Shown: piece after piece, positions 37,453 through 46,636 of the stretch
Position numbering within the stretch: the stretch's first letter is position 1
How the letters are laid out: each line of letters starts with the position of its first letter
From: an uncultured Chloroflexia bacterium
Lineage (GTDB): Bacteria > Chloroflexota > Limnocylindria > Limnocylindrales > CSP1-4
Length of the DNA stretch: 64,000 nt
Assembly: GCA_963713975.1 (NCBI GenBank)
Contig: OY970218.1
Span: forward strand, 256,001 to 320,000
Direction of reading: 5' to 3'
Made by a program: the position numbers and the translations under genes
Notes under the pieces: generated by a model
Told to the model about the DNA's origin: nothing
The model's input: only the letters and a program-made list of their open reading frames with translations
The model's database searches: none

Positions 37453-38298
37453 ATGCCGCTGTACCACCTCGAGGAACCGCTGGCCATCCTGCACGAGCCG
37501 GTCGTGGTCGCCGCGTTCGACGGCTGGGTCGACGCCGGGTCTGCCGCGACCAGCGTCATCGGGATCCTGGGCGAGAGCGCGCCGGTCATCGCCCGTTTCG
37601 ACTCCGACCAGCTGTTCGACTACCGCTCCCGTCGTCCGACCCTCGAGATCCAGGACGGCCGGCTCGCCTCCCTGGACTGGCCCGAGATGACGCTGCGAGC
37701 AGCACGCTTCGGGGGGCGTGACATCCTCGTCTTCACCGGCGCGGAACCCGATGACCGCTGGCGACGCTTCGCCGTGGAAACCGTGGAGCTGCTTGCCCGA
37801 CTCGACGTGCGGGAATGGATCAGCCTGGGGGCGATCCCGGCCGCGGTCGCGCACACCCGGTCCGTGCCGATCCTCGGGACGGCGTCGCGCCCCGGCCTCC
37901 TGCGCGGAGGGGTGAGCCCCGGTCCAACTGGGCTGCTCAAGGTGCCGGCGGCCGCGCTGTCGATGCTGGAGATGACGGTGGCGGAGGCCGGCGTTCCCGC
38001 CGTTGGCTACTTCGCCCAGATCCCCCACTACGTCACGGGGTCGTACGCGCTCGCCGCGCTGGAGCTCATGAAGACGCTCGAGCAGCATCTCGCCCTGTCA
38101 CTGCCGCGGGGAGATCTCGTCGAGGAGAGCCGGCAGCTGCGCATGCGCCTGGACGCCGCCACGGCCGCCGATGAGGCCACCCGCGCCTACGTGGAGCGGC
38201 TGGAGGCGATGGTGGACGAGTCACGCCAGCCGGCCGGCGACGACCTGATCGCGGACATCGAGCGCTTCCTGCGCGACCGGAGCGGCGAGGGCTCCTGA
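37453..38298 (+). CDS. PAC2 (proteasome assembly chaperone) family protein
   Basis: FDGWVDAG, DYRSRRP, GAEP..W, AQIPHY, DIERFLR. Confidence 0.9.
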   Translation: MPLYHLEEPLAILHEPVVVAAFDGWVDAGSAATSVIGILGESAPVIARFDSDQLFDYRSRRPTLEIQDGRLASLDWPEMTLRAARFGGRDILVFTGAEPDDRWRRFAVETVELLARLDVREWISLGAIPAAVAHTRSVPILGTASRPGLLRGGVSPGPTGLLKVPAAALSMLEMTVAEAGVPAVGYFAQIPHYVTGSYALAALELMKTLEQHLALSLPRGDLVEESRQLRMRLDAATAADEATRAYVERLEAMVDESRQPAGDDLIADIERFLRDRSGEGS

Positions 38299-38732
38299 CG
38301 CAGGCGCGGTCGCGTGCGGGCGGGCGTGCGTCGCGCGCACAGCAGCGACACCGCGGGCCGGCGCGCGGGCCGGCGCGCGTCGCGCGCACGGTTTTCGAGC
38401 ACTAGATGTCCCGGGCGTACGCCCTGCGCACCCCCAAGGCGGAACAGCAAGGAAACGCCGCCCCGACACCGCCCGGAACGTGCTTCCCCCGCACGTCCCG
38501 ACCGCACAGGAGCGGAATTCGTGCGTGGCGCGCACGGCGATGTCGCGTCGTTGCCGAGCGCGGCGCCTTTCCGCCCGCATCAACCCCTGAGCACTCAGGC
38601 GGTGCAGGGAACCGCGACGGACCAGGTCGACCGGCCAGCGGCTCATCCGTTGCAGGCCTGGCCCATGGGCGTAACGGCTGCACGGCCCCGCGAGCGACCT
38701 TCGCCCCGGCGGGATCGTGGCGCCGGCCTCGC

Positions 38733-40823
38733 CTAGTAGCGCTCCCGGCGAACCATCACCTTTTGGCCGCGGATCGTTGCCGCCCGGAGGGCGCGGATCA
38801 CGTGGTCGGCAGAAGCCTCGGGGACGTCCACGAGGGAGAAGCCGTCGGCGATCTGGATCGCCCCGACGTCGCCACCCCGCAGGCCGGCCTCGTTGGTGAT
38901 CGCGCCCACCAGGTCTCCCGGACGCATCCCCGCCGCGCGCCCCGCGCCAACGAAGAGCCGCGTGATGCCGCCGCCGCCCGAACCGGTATTGGGTGCACGG
39001 AGGACCGGACGACCCTCTGGGTCGTGCCAGCCAGAGAGGCGGAACCCGCGGCGCGGACCACCGGTTGGAGCGGGTCGCCCGTGGCCTGGTCGCGGGTCGT
39101 ACGGTCGCCCCGGGCCAGGTCCCATCTGCTGGACCTGGAACTGGCCCTGGTCGGCGCCGAAGGGGGGCGGAGCGCCGACGCCCTGGCCGGAGGGACCGGG
39201 ACGATAGCGCGGGTCCCGACCCGGCTGTCCTTGGGCCTGCTGATACTGCGGCGGCACATCGTAGGGGCCGCGCGGTCCCGGTCGGCCCTGAGCGTAGCCA
39301 CGATCCTGGCCGTACGGACGCCTCCCGGGTCCGCGCTGGCCCGGGCGATCGAACGTGGGCAGGGAGGCTGGCGCGAGCTCAGCGGTGTCCTCCGCCCCGC
39401 GCGCCTCTGCGTCGGCCTGGCTGATGGCTGCCAGGGCGATGTCCACGAGGTCGAACTCCCCCGAGAGCGGCTCCACCACGGCGCGGTAGCGGTCGAAGTC
39501 GCCGGCAACCAGAGCCTCGCGCAGCTGGGCACGCAGGAGATCCATCCGGTGCTCCCGGACGTCGGAGATGGTCGGCAGGCCGGCGATCTCCAGCGGCTGG
39601 CCGATCGCGCGCTCGATGTCGCGCAGCAACCGGTGCTCGCGCGGCTCAACGAGCGTGATCGCCACGCCCTCGCGCCCGGCGCGCCCGGTCCGCCCGATCC
39701 GGTGGACATAGACGTCCGTCGACGAGGGGACGTCGTAGTTGACGACATGGCTGATGTGGCCGATGTCGAGCCCGCGGGCCGCGACGTCGGTGGCGACGAG
39801 CACGTCCAGGGCACCATCGCGGAAGCGACCCATGATCCGGTCCCGCTGCTCCTGCGAGAGCCCGCCGTGCAGGGCTGCCGCGTCCCGCCCGCGGCCGGAG
39901 AGCGCCTCGGCGAGGTCGTCGACCTCACCCCGGGTGCGGGCGAACACCAGGGTCGCGGCACCGTCCTCCAGGTCCAGGATCCGGCCGAGGGCGGCGAGCT
40001 TGTCCGAGCGACGCACGACGTACGCCACCTGGCGGACACGGGCGCTTTCCCCCTTGGCCTGGGGCGTCTCATGGACGCGGACCCGGATTGGTTCGGAGAG
40101 ATGGCGTTCGGCGAGGCGGGCGATCGGACCCGCGATCGTCGCCGAGAAGAGCGCGGTCTGGCGCTCCTTCCGGAGGGCGCCGAGGATCCGGTCCAGGTCG
40201 TCAGCGAAGCCCATGTCGAGCATCTCATCGGCCTCGTCGAGGACGACGGTATCGACCTCGTCGAAGCGGAGCGTGCCGCGGTCCAGGTGGTCGACGGCCC
40301 GACCCGGGGTCGCCACGACGACGTCCACGCCGCGTGCGAGGCGCGCGAGCTGGGTCGTGATCGGCTGGCCGCCGTAGACGGGGACGACGCGCACGCCGAG
40401 GTCCTTGCCGTAGCGGTGGATCGCCTCGGCGACCTGCATCGCGAGCTCGCGCGTCGGTGCCAGCACGAGCGACGACGGCCGGCTGCCACGGCCATCACGG
40501 GGGACGCCGCGACCACCGGCCGGGAGGCCAGCGGCACGAGCCTCGTCGAGACGACGGGCGAGGTGCTGCAGGATGGGCAGGGCGAAGGCGGCCGTCTTGC
40601 CGGTACCGGTCGGCGCCTCGGCGAGCAGGTCACGCCCCTCGAGCAGCGGCGGGATGGCGGCGAGCTGGACGGGTGTCGGCTCCTCGTAGCCGAGGGCGGC
40701 CAGCGTGCTCAGGAGACGGGGGTCGAGGCCCAGCGAGGTGAAGCCGGAGGCGTCGGGATCGGACGCCAGGTCGTCAGCGGGCGTGTCGGGAGCCTCGGCG
40801 GGCTCAGGGTGTTCTTCGTTCAC
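38733..40823 (-). CDS. deaD: DEAD-box RNA helicase DeaD/CsdA-like with C-terminal DbpA RNA-binding domain
   Basis: [31 protein letters not shown]; RLFVGAGR..RPGDLVGAITNE. Confidence 0.92.
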   Translation of the reverse strand: MNEEHPEPAEAPDTPADDLASDPDASGFTSLGLDPRLLSTLAALGYEEPTPVQLAAIPPLLEGRDLLAEAPTGTGKTAAFALPILQHLARRLDEARAAGLPAGGRGVPRDGRGSRPSSLVLAPTRELAMQVAEAIHRYGKDLGVRVVPVYGGQPITTQLARLARGVDVVVATPGRAVDHLDRGTLRFDEVDTVVLDEADEMLDMGFADDLDRILGALRKERQTALFSATIAGPIARLAERHLSEPIRVRVHETPQAKGESARVRQVAYVVRRSDKLAALGRILDLEDGAATLVFARTRGEVDDLAEALSGRGRDAAALHGGLSQEQRDRIMGRFRDGALDVLVATDVAARGLDIGHISHVVNYDVPSSTDVYVHRIGRTGRAGREGVAITLVEPREHRLLRDIERAIGQPLEIAGLPTISDVREHRMDLLRAQLREALVAGDFDRYRAVVEPLSGEFDLVDIALAAISQADAEARGAEDTAELAPASLPTFDRPGQRGPGRRPYGQDRGYAQGRPGPRGPYDVPPQYQQAQGQPGRDPRYRPGPSGQGVGAPPPFGADQGQFQVQQMGPGPGRPYDPRPGHGRPAPTGGPRRGFRLSGWHDPEGRPVLRAPNTGSGGGGITRLFVGAGRAAGMRPGDLVGAITNEAGLRGGDVGAIQIADGFSLVDVPEASADHVIRALRAATIRGQKVMVRRERY

Positions 40824-40902
40824 CCGTAGAGGGTAGCCCCGATCAGCAATCCGGCCCGCCGATGCGTCGACTCGCGTCGCATGCGGATGCGCACAAGGCC
40901 CG

Positions 40903-41982
40903 CTAGCGTGTCTCCGTCACCTTCCGGAGGCCACGGGGCTGCTCCGGGTCAAGGCCCCGCGCCAGCGCCAGGTGCATCGCGTGGAGCTGCGCCGGGACGA
41001 TCGCGGCGATCGGGCTCAGCCACTCCGCCAGACCCGACGGGACGGCCAGGGCCCAACGCCCCACGGCGCGCGCCTCGGCATCGTCGGAGAGGACCATCAC
41101 GTCGGCGCCCACATCCCGGCCCAGGGCTCGCACGGGATCCAGCAGCGCATCGCGGGCAGATCCCGCGACGATGGTGGCGAACACCGCCGACCCCGGTGAG
41201 AGCAGGGCGACGGGCCCGTGGGCGAAGTCCGCGGCGGAATAGGGGTCCGCCCAGAGCTGTGCGACCTCCTTGAGCTTGAGGCCCCATTCCCGCGCGGTCG
41301 CATACCCGAACCCGCGCCCCAGCACCACGGCCCTGTCCAGACCGGCCTGATCCGCGGCGATCCGCTGCGCGTCCGGCTCCGAGTCCAGTGCACGCCCCAG
41401 CGCGTCCGGCACCATGGCCAGCTCCGCTCGCGCGCCAGCATCGGCACCTGCCCCATCGAGCGCTGCCGACAGCAGCGCCACCGCGAGCAGCTCGGCCGTG
41501 TAGGTCTTGGTGGCCGCCACCGAGCGCTCCTCGCCGGCCCCGAGGTCCATGCAGTGCTCCGCGGCCATCGCGAGAGGCGAGCCCGGGTCGTTCGTGATCG
41601 CCATGGTCAGGGCGCCCTGGGCCCGGGCCGCCTCGACGACACCGACCACGTCCGGGCTGCGACCCGACTGGCTGAGGCCGATGACGAGGGCATTCCCATA
41701 GCGCGGGGACGCGCCGTAGAGGGTTACCAGCGATGGCGCCGCGAGCGCCACCGTGAGCCCGTTTCGCGCGCCAAGGACGTACTGGGCATACACGGCCGCG
41801 TGGTCCGACGTACCGCGCGCGGCGATCACAACCAGCCCGATTCCGCGCCGGCGGACGTCTGCAGCGACGGCTCGGGCGACAGGGTCGCCTGCGATGAGGA
41901 GGCGGGCGGCAACGTCCGGCTGCTCTCGGATCTCGGTGCGGAGCCGGCCGCCCGCGTGGCTGGGGACATCGTGATGCAACAT
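40903..41982 (-). CDS. Double-SIS-domain sugar-phosphate isomerase/deaminase (GlmS C-terminal-like)
   Basis: EIREQP, ARGTS, SQSG, AATKTY, LKLKE, HGP, PRGLRKVT. Confidence 0.88.
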   Translation of the reverse strand: MLHHDVPSHAGGRLRTEIREQPDVAARLLIAGDPVARAVAADVRRRGIGLVVIAARGTSDHAAVYAQYVLGARNGLTVALAAPSLVTLYGASPRYGNALVIGLSQSGRSPDVVGVVEAARAQGALTMAITNDPGSPLAMAAEHCMDLGAGEERSVAATKTYTAELLAVALLSAALDGAGADAGARAELAMVPDALGRALDSEPDAQRIAADQAGLDRAVVLGRGFGYATAREWGLKLKEVAQLWADPYSAADFAHGPVALLSPGSAVFATIVAGSARDALLDPVRALGRDVGADVMVLSDDAEARAVGRWALAVPSGLAEWLSPIAAIVPAQLHAMHLALARGLDPEQPRGLRKVTETR

Positions 41983-42070
41983 CGGCCCATTGTCGCCCGA
42001 GTTCGCCCCGGGCGGGACTCGCGCACGGCGGGGCTCGCACCGGACGGCACCGCGCGGGATACTGGTCCCG

Positions 42071-42520
42071 ATGCGACGAGTCGAGGCGGACGCCCTGGTG
42101 GGTGCGTCACGCGATGAGGTCTGGGAGCTCTACGACGACATCCCCGGGACCCCCCGGTGGGTGCCCTCCGTGCGCGAGATCCGCTATGTCTCGGGCCCGG
42201 CACGCGTGAGTACGGTCTACCGCGAGCGCACCAGGACGCTGGGCGTGGGCAGCACCGCTCAATGGGAGATCGTGGAGCACCGACGGCCGACCCGGCAGGT
42301 GCACGTCAGCCAGGGAGGCGGCCTGGAGCGCCGGCGGGTGATCACCTTCGAGGCTCGCGGCTCCGGCACCTGGGTCCACCAGGCGGTAGAACTGCGGTCA
42401 AGCCTCTGGGGACCACTGGCCTGGCTCCACGAGCAGGCGGCAGCCATCCCGGCCGGTGCGAGCGTGCGATCGGTGGTCGCGGCGGGGAAGCGCGCCTTCG
42501 AGGGCTATCCGCGGCGCTGA
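42071..42520 (+). CDS. SRPBCC family protein
   Basis: ASRDEVW..DD..PRWVP; START-like size. Confidence 0.75.
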   Translation: MRRVEADALVGASRDEVWELYDDIPGTPRWVPSVREIRYVSGPARVSTVYRERTRTLGVGSTAQWEIVEHRRPTRQVHVSQGGGLERRRVITFEARGSGTWVHQAVELRSSLWGPLAWLHEQAAAIPAGASVRSVVAAGKRAFEGYPRR

Positions 42521-42831
42521 GCACGGCCCGCAGCGGCGATGGCCCAGAGAATGCAGGCGGAGCGGGAATCGGGAACGGACCGCCGGGGAGGACAGGTTCG
42601 GGGCTCCGCCGCCGCCCGGCATCCCGCCGGAGGAACGACGCGCCGCCCCATGTGGTCCGAATGTTGGCGGTCCGTTCGATGGCCGAACCGTACGCTCGGG
42701 CCCTGGCTGCCGGTACCGGCCAAGAGTCACGGGGCTGGTCGGACAAACGTCGTGGGTGGCCCCGGCGACCAACTTGCCCGCACCGGACCACGCGGGACTG
42801 CCCCGGGCCGCACCCGGCGGCCACCAGGAGG

Positions 42832-43002
42832 TCAGGCTCGGCCTCGCCCCGAGCGGCGGAGCCGATCGCGGATCCGGCCGGCCAGCGAGCCCGAGACCGG
42901 TGCGCCGGCCTCGGCGATGTCAAACCGGGCGACACGCAGCAGCTCCTTGTCGGCAAACGCGGCGGCGGAGCGTGGGGCGAGGCGGGGCACGATCTCGGTC
43001 AT
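42832..43002 (-). CDS. Small hypothetical protein (56 aa)
   Basis: AAGGAGG RBS just upstream of ATG; MTEIVPRLAPRSAAAFADKELLRVARFD... Confidence 0.5.
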   Translation of the reverse strand: MTEIVPRLAPRSAAAFADKELLRVARFDIAEAGAPVSGSLAGRIRDRLRRSGRGRA

Positions 43003-43174
43003 CTGGCCCTCCTTGGGCGGTGTCGGCAGGGTCGGCAAGCGGCTTCACGGGCTTGTTCTGATGTCCAGCGTGGACGCCGGCACCTCCGGCCAGCCATCCC
43101 CCGGATGGGCCACCCATGGCCCGGACCAGGACGACGCCGGACCAGATCGGCCACCGGGGATACGCTTGGGCGCG

Positions 43175-43894
43175 ATGACCACGACCCAGCCCGACCGCCA
43201 CATCGTCCTCGCCGGCACCCGCAACGTGCGCGATGTCGGCGGCTATCCCGCCGGCAGCGGCCGCCAGACCCGGTGGCGGACTCTGCTGCGATCCGATGAG
43301 CTCACCCGGATCCCCGACGACACGAAGGCCGCCCTGGAGACCCTGGGTCTCCGTCAGGTGATCGACCTCCGCTGGCCGGAGGAGCTGGTGCTCTCGCCGA
43401 ACGCGTTCCGCCACTCCGGCCACGTCCGCTACACGAGCATCCCGCTCCTGGCCGATGACCCGACACCGCACTCCGGCCTCGCCGGGATGTACCGCCACGT
43501 CCTGGATGCGAGAGGCACGCAGCTCGCCGACGTGGTTCGATCCCTGCTCGAGCTCGATGGCCTCCCGGCCGTGATCGGGTGCGCCGCCGGCAAGGACCGG
43601 ACCGGCGTGACGATCGCGCTCCTGCTGGACCTGGTGGGCGTTCCCCGGTCGATCATCGTGGAGGATTACGCGGTCTCTGCGCACTACTTCGCGTCGCCGG
43701 TCGCCCACATCGAGCTGGATGACTGGCGCAGCCGGAGCCTCGTCGTGGACAGCCCGCCGGAGTTCATGGAGAGCGCGCTCGCCCACCTCGACCAGCGCCA
43801 CGGCGGCGCGCGCCGCCTGCTGGTCCGGCACGGGATCGAGGAGTCGGAGCTGGACCTCCTGGTCGATCGCCTCACGGAGCCGGCTCTCGCCTGA
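43175..43894 (+). CDS. Tyrosine/phosphoinositide phosphatase (PtpB/IphP-like)
   Basis: NVRDVGGY, RSD, IDLR, CAAGKDRTG, IVEDY. Confidence 0.88.
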   Translation: MTTTQPDRHIVLAGTRNVRDVGGYPAGSGRQTRWRTLLRSDELTRIPDDTKAALETLGLRQVIDLRWPEELVLSPNAFRHSGHVRYTSIPLLADDPTPHSGLAGMYRHVLDARGTQLADVVRSLLELDGLPAVIGCAAGKDRTGVTIALLLDLVGVPRSIIVEDYAVSAHYFASPVAHIELDDWRSRSLVVDSPPEFMESALAHLDQRHGGARRLLVRHGIEESELDLLVDRLTEPALA

Positions 43895-43959
43895 CGGCAC
43901 GGAGGCGTCATCGCGCCGATTTGCAGCCGCGACGTGAGGTGGCCAAGTAGGATGGCGCC

Positions 43960-44400
43960 ATGGGCCGGATCACCGCCTCCATCGAGCTGCCGTACGCCGC
44001 GGACCGTGTGTTCCGCGTGGCGACCCGTGTTCCGGACATGCCGCGCTGGCTGCCCGAGGTGGCGAGCGCGGAGCTCCTGGACCCGGACCTCGCGGTCGGG
44101 AGCCGGATCCTGCTGCGCATGGGCCCTGCCACCGGAGGCGCCGAGATCACCGGCACGGTCGAGACCCTCCGCGCCCCCGAGTTGCTCGAGATCACCGGCA
44201 GCGGCGGCCCGCTGGGAATCCGGGTCCGCACCATCCTCGAGGCCACAGACGCCGTCGCGACGCGCGTGTCGCTGGAGTTGGACATCAGCACCCCGCCGCT
44301 GCTCGGCTTCATCGCCAAGGAGGCGGAGCGGCGGATCAACGCCGAGTTGCCGGCGTCGCTGGAACGGTTCCGTGCCCTGATGGACGCCGAACCCTCCTGA
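43960..44400 (+). CDS. SRPBCC/CoxG-like protein
   Basis: ADRVF...MPRWLP; C-terminal helix SLERFRALM; TGATG coupling to kinase. Confidence 0.75.
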   Translation: MGRITASIELPYAADRVFRVATRVPDMPRWLPEVASAELLDPDLAVGSRILLRMGPATGGAEITGTVETLRAPELLEITGSGGPLGIRVRTILEATDAVATRVSLELDISTPPLLGFIAKEAERRINAELPASLERFRALMDAEPS

Positions 44401-45176
44401 TGCTGCGCACCGTCACCGCGACCCGCTACGTCACGCCCCTGCGCGAGGGAGGATCCGTGCCCGCGCTCGTGGAGGCGGACGACGATGGCCTGTACGTCGT
44501 CAAGCTGCTGGGCGCCGGACACGGTCGCAAGGCGCTGGTCGCAGAGCTCCTCGCCGGAGAGCTGGCACGACACCTCGGCCTGCCCGTGCCCGACCAGGTG
44601 CTGGTGGAGCTGGACGCCACGCTCGCGAAGGCCGAGCCGGACGGCGAGATCCGGGACCTGCTGGGGCGATCCGCCGGGACCAACATCGGCCTCGACTTCC
44701 TTCCCGGGGCGCTGGCCTTTGCCCCGGCGATCGGCCCTGCCCCGGATCCGGAGCTGGCCGCGGGCATCGTGTGGCTGGACGCGTTCACGACCAACGTGGA
44801 CAGGACACCGCGCAATCCCAACCTGATCGTGTGGCACCGCCGGCTGCACCTGATCGACCACGGCTCTGCGCTGTACATCCACCACAGCTGGAAGGGCGCC
44901 GACGAGCACGCCCGGCGACCGTTCTCCGAGATTCGCGATCACGTCCTGCTGCCCTTCGCCGGCTCCATCCAGGAGGCGGACCGACGCCTGGCGTCCATCG
45001 TGGATCTCGAGCTCCTTCGGGGCCTTGCCGACGCGATCCCCGATGACTGGCTCCAACCCGAGGTCGGGCTTCCGGACCCTGAGGCGCATCGCCGCGCCTA
45101 TGTCGACTACCTCGTCACCCGTCTCGAGGGCCGTGACGCATTCGTGGAGGAGGCCGAGCGTGCCCGCCTCGTCTGA
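44400..45176 (+). CDS. HipA-like (HipA_2) kinase
   Basis: TPLREGGSVP, YVVK, LVAELL, NVDRT.RNPN, LIDHG. Confidence 0.85.
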   Translation: MLRTVTATRYVTPLREGGSVPALVEADDDGLYVVKLLGAGHGRKALVAELLAGELARHLGLPVPDQVLVELDATLAKAEPDGEIRDLLGRSAGTNIGLDFLPGALAFAPAIGPAPDPELAAGIVWLDAFTTNVDRTPRNPNLIVWHRRLHLIDHGSALYIHHSWKGADEHARRPFSEIRDHVLLPFAGSIQEADRRLASIVDLELLRGLADAIPDDWLQPEVGLPDPEAHRRAYVDYLVTRLEGRDAFVEEAERARLV

Positions 45177-45564
45177 AGCCACCGTGCGCAGCCCGTTCGA
45201 GTACGCGATCGTCCAGGTCATCCCCCGCGTGGAACGCGGCGAGGGCCTGAACGCCGGGATCGTGCTGATGTGCCGGCCGCGCCGCTTCATCGGGGCGCGC
45301 GTGGCGCTGGACGAGGCGCTGCTGGTGGCGATGGCCCACGACTGCGACCCCGAGATCGTCAGGGCCCACCTCGCGGCGATCGAGGGGATCGCCGCCGGCG
45401 ATCCCGATGCGGGCCCGATCGCCAGCCTGTCGGCGCCGGAACGGTTCCACTGGCTGGTGGCGCCGTCGTCCACGATCATCCAGCCGTCGGCGGTCCACAC
45501 CGGGCTGACGGCCGACCCGGGGGCCACCCTGGAGCACCTGTTCCGGACGCTCGTCCTCCGCTGA
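45160..45564 (+). CDS. DUF3037 family protein
   Basis: FEYAIVQVIPRVERGE..NAG, RFHWLVAP.STIIQ.S.VHTG; GGAGGAGG RBS. Confidence 0.85.
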   Translation: MPASSEATVRSPFEYAIVQVIPRVERGEGLNAGIVLMCRPRRFIGARVALDEALLVAMAHDCDPEIVRAHLAAIEGIAAGDPDAGPIASLSAPERFHWLVAPSSTIIQPSAVHTGLTADPGATLEHLFRTLVLR

Positions 45565-45618
45565 ACACCGTCGGGGAGCGCCGCCGAACTGGGACGGCCG
45601 GGCTCGGGCCGCCCGAAC

Positions 45619-45999
45619 CTATGCGCCCGGGACGTACTCCTCGCCCGGTGCCGGCGCCTCGGCCTCCGGGACGACCCGGTCTGCCGGCGGAGGGCTCAAC
45701 GCCGCCGCTCCCGCGGCCGCCTGCCGGACCCCGCCGCGCCGGAACCTGAGGGCCACGCTGATCGTGACCAGCATGAACGTGAGCGATGCGGCGTTCGAGA
45801 TGAGCATCGCCGGGTTGCCCAGCGACCAGCCGTAGGCGAGCCAGGCGATGAAGCCCGCGCACAGCAGCGACAGATACAGCAGCGAGACGTCGTTGCTGGA
45901 CCTCGTGCGCCGCATCCGCCGGATCTGCAGCACTGGCGAGATCGCCATCAGCACGCCCGCGAGCGTCGCCAGGACGGCCAGGATCTCCGTGTTGGTCAT
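45619..45999 (-). CDS. SemiSWEET/PQ-loop transporter
   Basis: SPVLQIRR..RTRSS.DVS, WLAYG, N; three TM. Confidence 0.8.
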   Translation of the reverse strand: MTNTEILAVLATLAGVLMAISPVLQIRRMRRTRSSNDVSLLYLSLLCAGFIAWLAYGWSLGNPAMLISNAASLTFMLVTISVALRFRRGGVRQAAAGAAALSPPPADRVVPEAEAPAPGEEYVPGA

Positions 46000-46577
46000 T
46001 GGCTGTTGGCCGCTTCACGGATCTCGGCCTTGCGAGCCCGCTTGCCGGCCTGGTACTGGGCGAGTGCCTCCGGGGAGTCGACGTCGCCCAGCGTCGGCTG
46101 GTCCGGGATGACCGCCTCCCAGCCCGGCGGCGTGATCCCGAACTGCTTGGCAAGCAGCGCCACGATGGTCCCGGCCTTCATCTCGCCGATCCCCGGCAGC
46201 GCCATGAGGCGCGCCTGGAGGTCTCGGGCGTCGGCCGCCGCGGACCAGACCAGAGAGGCATCGCCGCCGTAGGAGTCGGCAATGGCGGCACACAGGTCGC
46301 GCACCCGCTTGGCCATGTTGCCCGGGAATCGATGGAGCGCGGGCGGCGTCCGAAACGCGTTGTCGAGTACCTCGGGATCCATCGTCGCGATGGCCGTGGC
46401 ATCGAGCGTGCCGATGCGCCGCCGCAGCTCGAGGGGCCCTGCGAAGGCCTTCTGGACGGTGACCTGCTGGTCGAGCGCGAACCCGATCAGCAGCGCGAGC
46501 GGATCGGTCGCGAGGAGACGGTCCGCCTCGTCGTTGCCAGTGAAGGGGAGGCGGTCGGGCGGGACGGGATGGCTCAT
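45996..46577 (-). CDS. HhH-GPD-type putative DNA repair protein
   Basis: DPLALLIGFALDQQ, AFAGP, HRFP..MA, LPGIG..KA. Confidence 0.85.
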   Translation of the reverse strand: MSHPVPPDRLPFTGNDEADRLLATDPLALLIGFALDQQVTVQKAFAGPLELRRRIGTLDATAIATMDPEVLDNAFRTPPALHRFPGNMAKRVRDLCAAIADSYGGDASLVWSAAADARDLQARLMALPGIGEMKAGTIVALLAKQFGITPPGWEAVIPDQPTLGDVDSPEALAQYQAGKRARKAEIREAANSQ

Positions 46578-46636
46578 GGGATGCATCGTACGCGTCGTCG
46601 GGCTTCGGGGCCCCCGACACGGACTACGATCCACCG

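Noticed and set aside
38398-38414. GCACTAGATGTCC as a possible NrdR box
   Set aside because: Only half matches, it is a single copy, and no nucleotide-reduction gene is adjacent.
38326-38535. Three 15-bp palindromic repeats as a possible CRISPR array
   Set aside because: Repeats are too short and irregularly spaced, and there are no cas genes.
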